Source of the DNA: Thermoproteota archaeon
GTDB lineage: Archaea; Korarchaeota; Korarchaeia; Korarchaeales; Korarchaeaceae
Assembly (NCBI GenBank): GCA_037917625.1
Contig: JAVCBY010000112.1
Coordinates: 1 to 39,585, forward strand
Reading direction: 5' to 3'
DNA length: 39,585 nucleotides
The notes under the pieces were generated by a model. It saw only the letters and a program-made list of their open reading frames with translations. It was not told the DNA's origin and searched no databases. Position numbers and translations under genes: made by a program. Shown here piece after piece: positions 36,887 to 39,585 of the stretch; positions within the stretch are counted from its first letter, which is position 1, and every line of letters starts with the position of its first letter.

Positions 36887-38127
36887 TGTACTCTGTATTC
36901 AACTCCTCCTTTCACATGGCCGAAGCCTATCAGCCTCCACCTATTCCCTACCCTCGCTGAGATAGCTACCCTCTGATCCAACTCCGCTACAGCAGGGATC
37001 CTAACAAGGAGCTTCATAAAATCATTATTTATCTCCCTAAGGACAGCTGGGGCAGTAGCTGTACCTATATTCAACTGGATGAAATCCCCAGCTTTGGGCT
37101 TAGTTACTGAGATCTCCTCCTTCATCCCTACTATCTTATCGAAGAACTTCGCCTCTATATCGAGCTCCGACCAAGTAGGCGGCAATTCATTGGGCATGCC
37201 AACGACACTTCCCACCATATTATCAGCTTTCGTCAACGCTGGATCTAGGAGAGTCCCCACGCCTATCAGCCCACCCGGATAGGCTTCCTCGAGAGGGGTA
37301 TCCTCGCTCTTCAGACTCACTATCTTAGTAGTTAAGGGGATGAACTTACCTCCCCTGTAGGCCCCGGGCCTTATCTCTATCTCATCCCCCAATCCGAACC
37401 TGCCCTGAATGATGGTCCCCCCTAGAACACCCCCTACTAGTTTCTCAGGCCTCGTACCTGGCCTATTGACATCGAACGATCTCGCGACGTACATCTTTGG
37501 GGTCTTCGTCGGATCCCTCTGCGGAGGGGTGAATCTCCTCACCATCTCCCTTATCAAGAAGTCTATATTAACTCCATGCAGAGCCGATACAGGTATTATA
37601 GGCGGTATTTCATCTAAATTTGCCTCAAGAAATCTAAGGATCTGCTCATAATTTCTTATAGCCTCCTCTTCACTCACTAGCTCTATCTTAGTTTGAACTA
37701 CTATTATCTGCTTCACCCCCATTATCTTCAGGGCCATCAAGTGCTCCCTAGTCTGAGGTTGGGGCACGGGCTCGTTCGAGGCTATTACGAAGAGAGCTGC
37801 ATCCATCAAAGTCGAGCCAGCTAGCATAGTCGCCATCAAAGTATCGTGGCCCGGGCAATCCACTAGAGATATCTTCCTGAGCAATATAGTCTCACTACCA
37901 TCGATAGGACACCTCTTAGAAGTCGTATAACACTTAGGCTCATCGCACGAAGGGCACTTCCTGAGGTCGGCATTAGCATAGCCTAACTTTATAGTTATAC
38001 CCCTTCTCAACTCCTCACTATGTCTCTCAGGCCAGACCCCCGTCAGGGCTTGGACTAGGGTGGACTTGCCATGGTCGACATGACCAGCAGTGCCCACGTT
38101 CATCTCCGGCTGAAGGATCTCCCTCAT
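36883..38127 (-). CDS. eif2g: Translation initiation factor 2 gamma subunit
   Basis: QPEMNVGTAGHVDHGKST, RGITIKLGY, DCPGH, PQPQTREHL, RSFDVNRPG, RWRLIG. Confidence 0.95.
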   Translation of the reverse strand: MREILQPEMNVGTAGHVDHGKSTLVQALTGVWPERHSEELRRGITIKLGYANADLRKCPSCDEPKCYTTSKRCPIDGSETILLRKISLVDCPGHDTLMATMLAGSTLMDAALFVIASNEPVPQPQTREHLMALKIMGVKQIIVVQTKIELVSEEEAIRNYEQILRFLEANLDEIPPIIPVSALHGVNIDFLIREMVRRFTPPQRDPTKTPKMYVARSFDVNRPGTRPEKLVGGVLGGTIIQGRFGLGDEIEIRPGAYRGGKFIPLTTKIVSLKSEDTPLEEAYPGGLIGVGTLLDPALTKADNMVGSVVGMPNELPPTWSELDIEAKFFDKIVGMKEEISVTKPKAGDFIQLNIGTATAPAVLREINNDFMKLLVRIPAVAELDQRVAISARVGNRWRLIGFGHVKGGVEYRVH

Positions 38128-38136
38128 TCGATCACC

Positions 38137-38556
38137 TTAAGAAGCCTCGCTCTTTCCTAATATCTCCTCTAGGGGTTTATCCCCCTTCTTAATCACTTTA
38201 AGGTTTATCTGTCTCATAGCATCTGAGATAATGCCTCCTCTAACGAGCTTAGCCCTCCTCTCTCCTTCCCTCTTAGGATGGAAGCCGGGTGGGGAGGATA
38301 GGAGGAGCCTCTTCTTCCCCATCGTGGGTAAGGAGGGGTGCATGGGGAAGCCATCCCTATCAGTCCCTCCAGTTATCTTGAAGGCGTGCCCGGGCAAGCC
38401 GAAGGGATCGCCAGAGATCTCCTCACCTATCCTCTTGCCTATGAAATACCTGAGGCTCTCCTTGGGCAGTTTGAGGTGAAAAGTTTTTCCAGTACTTGGA
38501 TCTCCTATATCGAGCACTAGGAATTCCTCAACGACACCTCTCCTCCTGCTGGACAT
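38137..38556 (-). CDS. rps6e: 30S ribosomal protein S6e
   Basis: KITGGTDRDGFPM, GERRAKLVRG, QINLKV; conserved infB-rps6e-eif2g order. Confidence 0.93.
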   Translation of the reverse strand: MSSRRRGVVEEFLVLDIGDPSTGKTFHLKLPKESLRYFIGKRIGEEISGDPFGLPGHAFKITGGTDRDGFPMHPSLPTMGKKRLLLSSPPGFHPKREGERRAKLVRGGIISDAMRQINLKVIKKGDKPLEEILGKSEAS

Positions 38557-38766
38557 ATTGGATCACCACGGTGAAGACCGAGGAGAATATATAAGCTTCA
38601 GCCATCCAGAACTACATAACGGCTTTGAGTTCATGAAGCCTCTCACTTCGAGAATGAGAGTCCCCTAGGCTATGATCGATGGATATCAAACCCTACGTGG
38701 ATTTCCTCCCTTCATAATCTTGAGACCATGCAGGCAGCTCATCCATGAAGCTCAGGGGAATCCAGC

Positions 38767-39402
38767 TCAATCCTCCCTCTCAGCTCTTCCTGAATACTTT
38801 ATCCAAATTATCCTCCTGTAAAGCTCTTTCTCCTCATCACTCATCTTACTGAAGTAGATCTCCCTCGATCTCTCATCCTCGAATTCACTGACCTCTGTAT
38901 AAAGTGTTTTTCCTTCTTTAACGTTCCTCCCCACGATACCGCCCCTTATCGATACAGCTACCCTCTGCCCCTTCCTCGCCTCCGGTATCCTATTGCCCTC
39001 GTGTTGTATGTCCAATATCGTACCGACCCTCCTCCCGCTCTCGCTTATGAGAGGATAACCGGGCCTTATTGAACCTAAGATAACCTCGACACCAACTATA
39101 GCAGGATCGCTCCTCCTGAAAATGAAATTAGGTAGAACTAAGATCTCCGCAGGAAAAACAGCATGAGAAAGTACTCTTTCCTCCTCTTTTCTCCTCAAAT
39201 CCTCTAAATAAGACTTGAATTTCTCTATAAGGGTATAGATTATCACGTCCTCGAAGATAGAGACTCCCCTAGATAGGGCCTCCCGCTTTATCTCCTCGCT
39301 CACCCTCACGTTGAAAGCTAATATAGCTGAGTACCTCTCATCGCTCCCCCTGATGACAGAAGCTTCGAATACATCTGCTTTCGTCACCTCCCCTATATCG
39401 GC
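38767..39402 (-). CDS. infB: Translation initiation factor aIF5B/IF-2, C-terminal part
   Basis: ADIGEVTKADV, ILAFNV, VIIYTL, FRRSDPAIVGVEV, VAVSI, VGRNV. The first ~47 aa of the ORF-track protein are not IF2-like. Confidence 0.9.
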   Translation of the reverse strand, partial: ADIGEVTKADVFEASVIRGSDERYSAILAFNVRVSEEIKREALSRGVSIFEDVIIYTLIEKFKSYLEDLRRKEEERVLSHAVFPAEILVLPNFIFRRSDPAIVGVEVILGSIRPGYPLISESGRRVGTILDIQHEGNRIPEARKGQRVAVSIRGGIVGRNVKEGKTLYTEVSEFEDERSREIYFSKMSDEEKELYRRIIWIKYSGRAERED

Positions 39403-39585
39403 TCCTGATCTAGAGGGCGTACTAGCCGGTTCTCCAATATACGTGGTGAGGGATCCCGCGATGCTTGAGGAGATGAAGAGGGAGGTGCAGGAGGAAGTTG
39501 AGAGGATCGTGATAAAAACGGATAGGATAGGTGTGATAGTCAAGGCTGATGCATTGGGGACATTGGAAGCCTTAATATCTCAACT
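39401..39585 (+). other. infB: Inverted internal segment of infB
   Basis: Plus frame from 39401 reads APDLEGVLAGSPIYVVRDPAMLEEMKREVQEEVERIVIKTDRIGVIVKADALGTLEALISQ, the aIF5B segment that normally lies shortly upstream of ADIG. Confidence 0.88.

Noticed and set aside
38557-38766. 210-nt gap between infB and rps6e as a small ORF or sRNA
   Set aside because: Only very short ORFs and a 6-bp GCTTCA/TGAAGC stem; insufficient evidence.
39403-39543. N-terminal 47 aa of the ORF-track infB protein
   Set aside because: Antisense translation of the inverted segment, not IF2 sequence.
1-39585. CRISPR arrays, rRNA, tRNA, integrase or transposase genes
   Set aside because: No regularly spaced repeats, cloverleaf structures or recombinase motifs were seen by eye.

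Overview
Gene-dense archaeal window. The gene content (AglB, TFS, aIF2-gamma, rpS6e, aIF5B, BRE/TATA promoters, GGTGA/GAGGTG Shine-Dalgarno sites) is archaeal; a thermophilic Korarchaeota-like origin is my inference, not a database result. It holds about 38 CDSs: a peptide ABC transporter, aglB, trxB, two DUF711 paralogs, aroA, tfs, an etfB-etfA-thiolase-moaDE-moaC-moaA run, an acyl-CoA dehydrogenase, a corrinoid protein, a peroxiredoxin, a nucleoside-type ABC transporter, a cupin PGI and translation genes. I found no tRNA, rRNA or CRISPR array. Five observations stand out. (1) A translationally coupled operon in which a DUF2207-like membrane protein ending in a 9-Cys (CA)n tail precedes an RRE/PqqD-radical SAM-SPASM enzyme, a sirtuin and a GNAT, suggesting a RiPP-like modification system acting on a membrane protein. 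(2) A promoter-bearing, GC-rich minus-strand small RNA whose bulge is complementary to the 5' end and Shine-Dalgarno region of the adjacent BMP mRNA. (3) A ~255 bp non-autonomous IS200/IS605 element that looks like a stand-alone TnpB omega-RNA cassette. (4) A threonine-synthase-fold protein lacking the PLP lysine and fused to a winged HTH. (5) An inverted piece of infB at the window end, possibly an assembly or MDA chimera.
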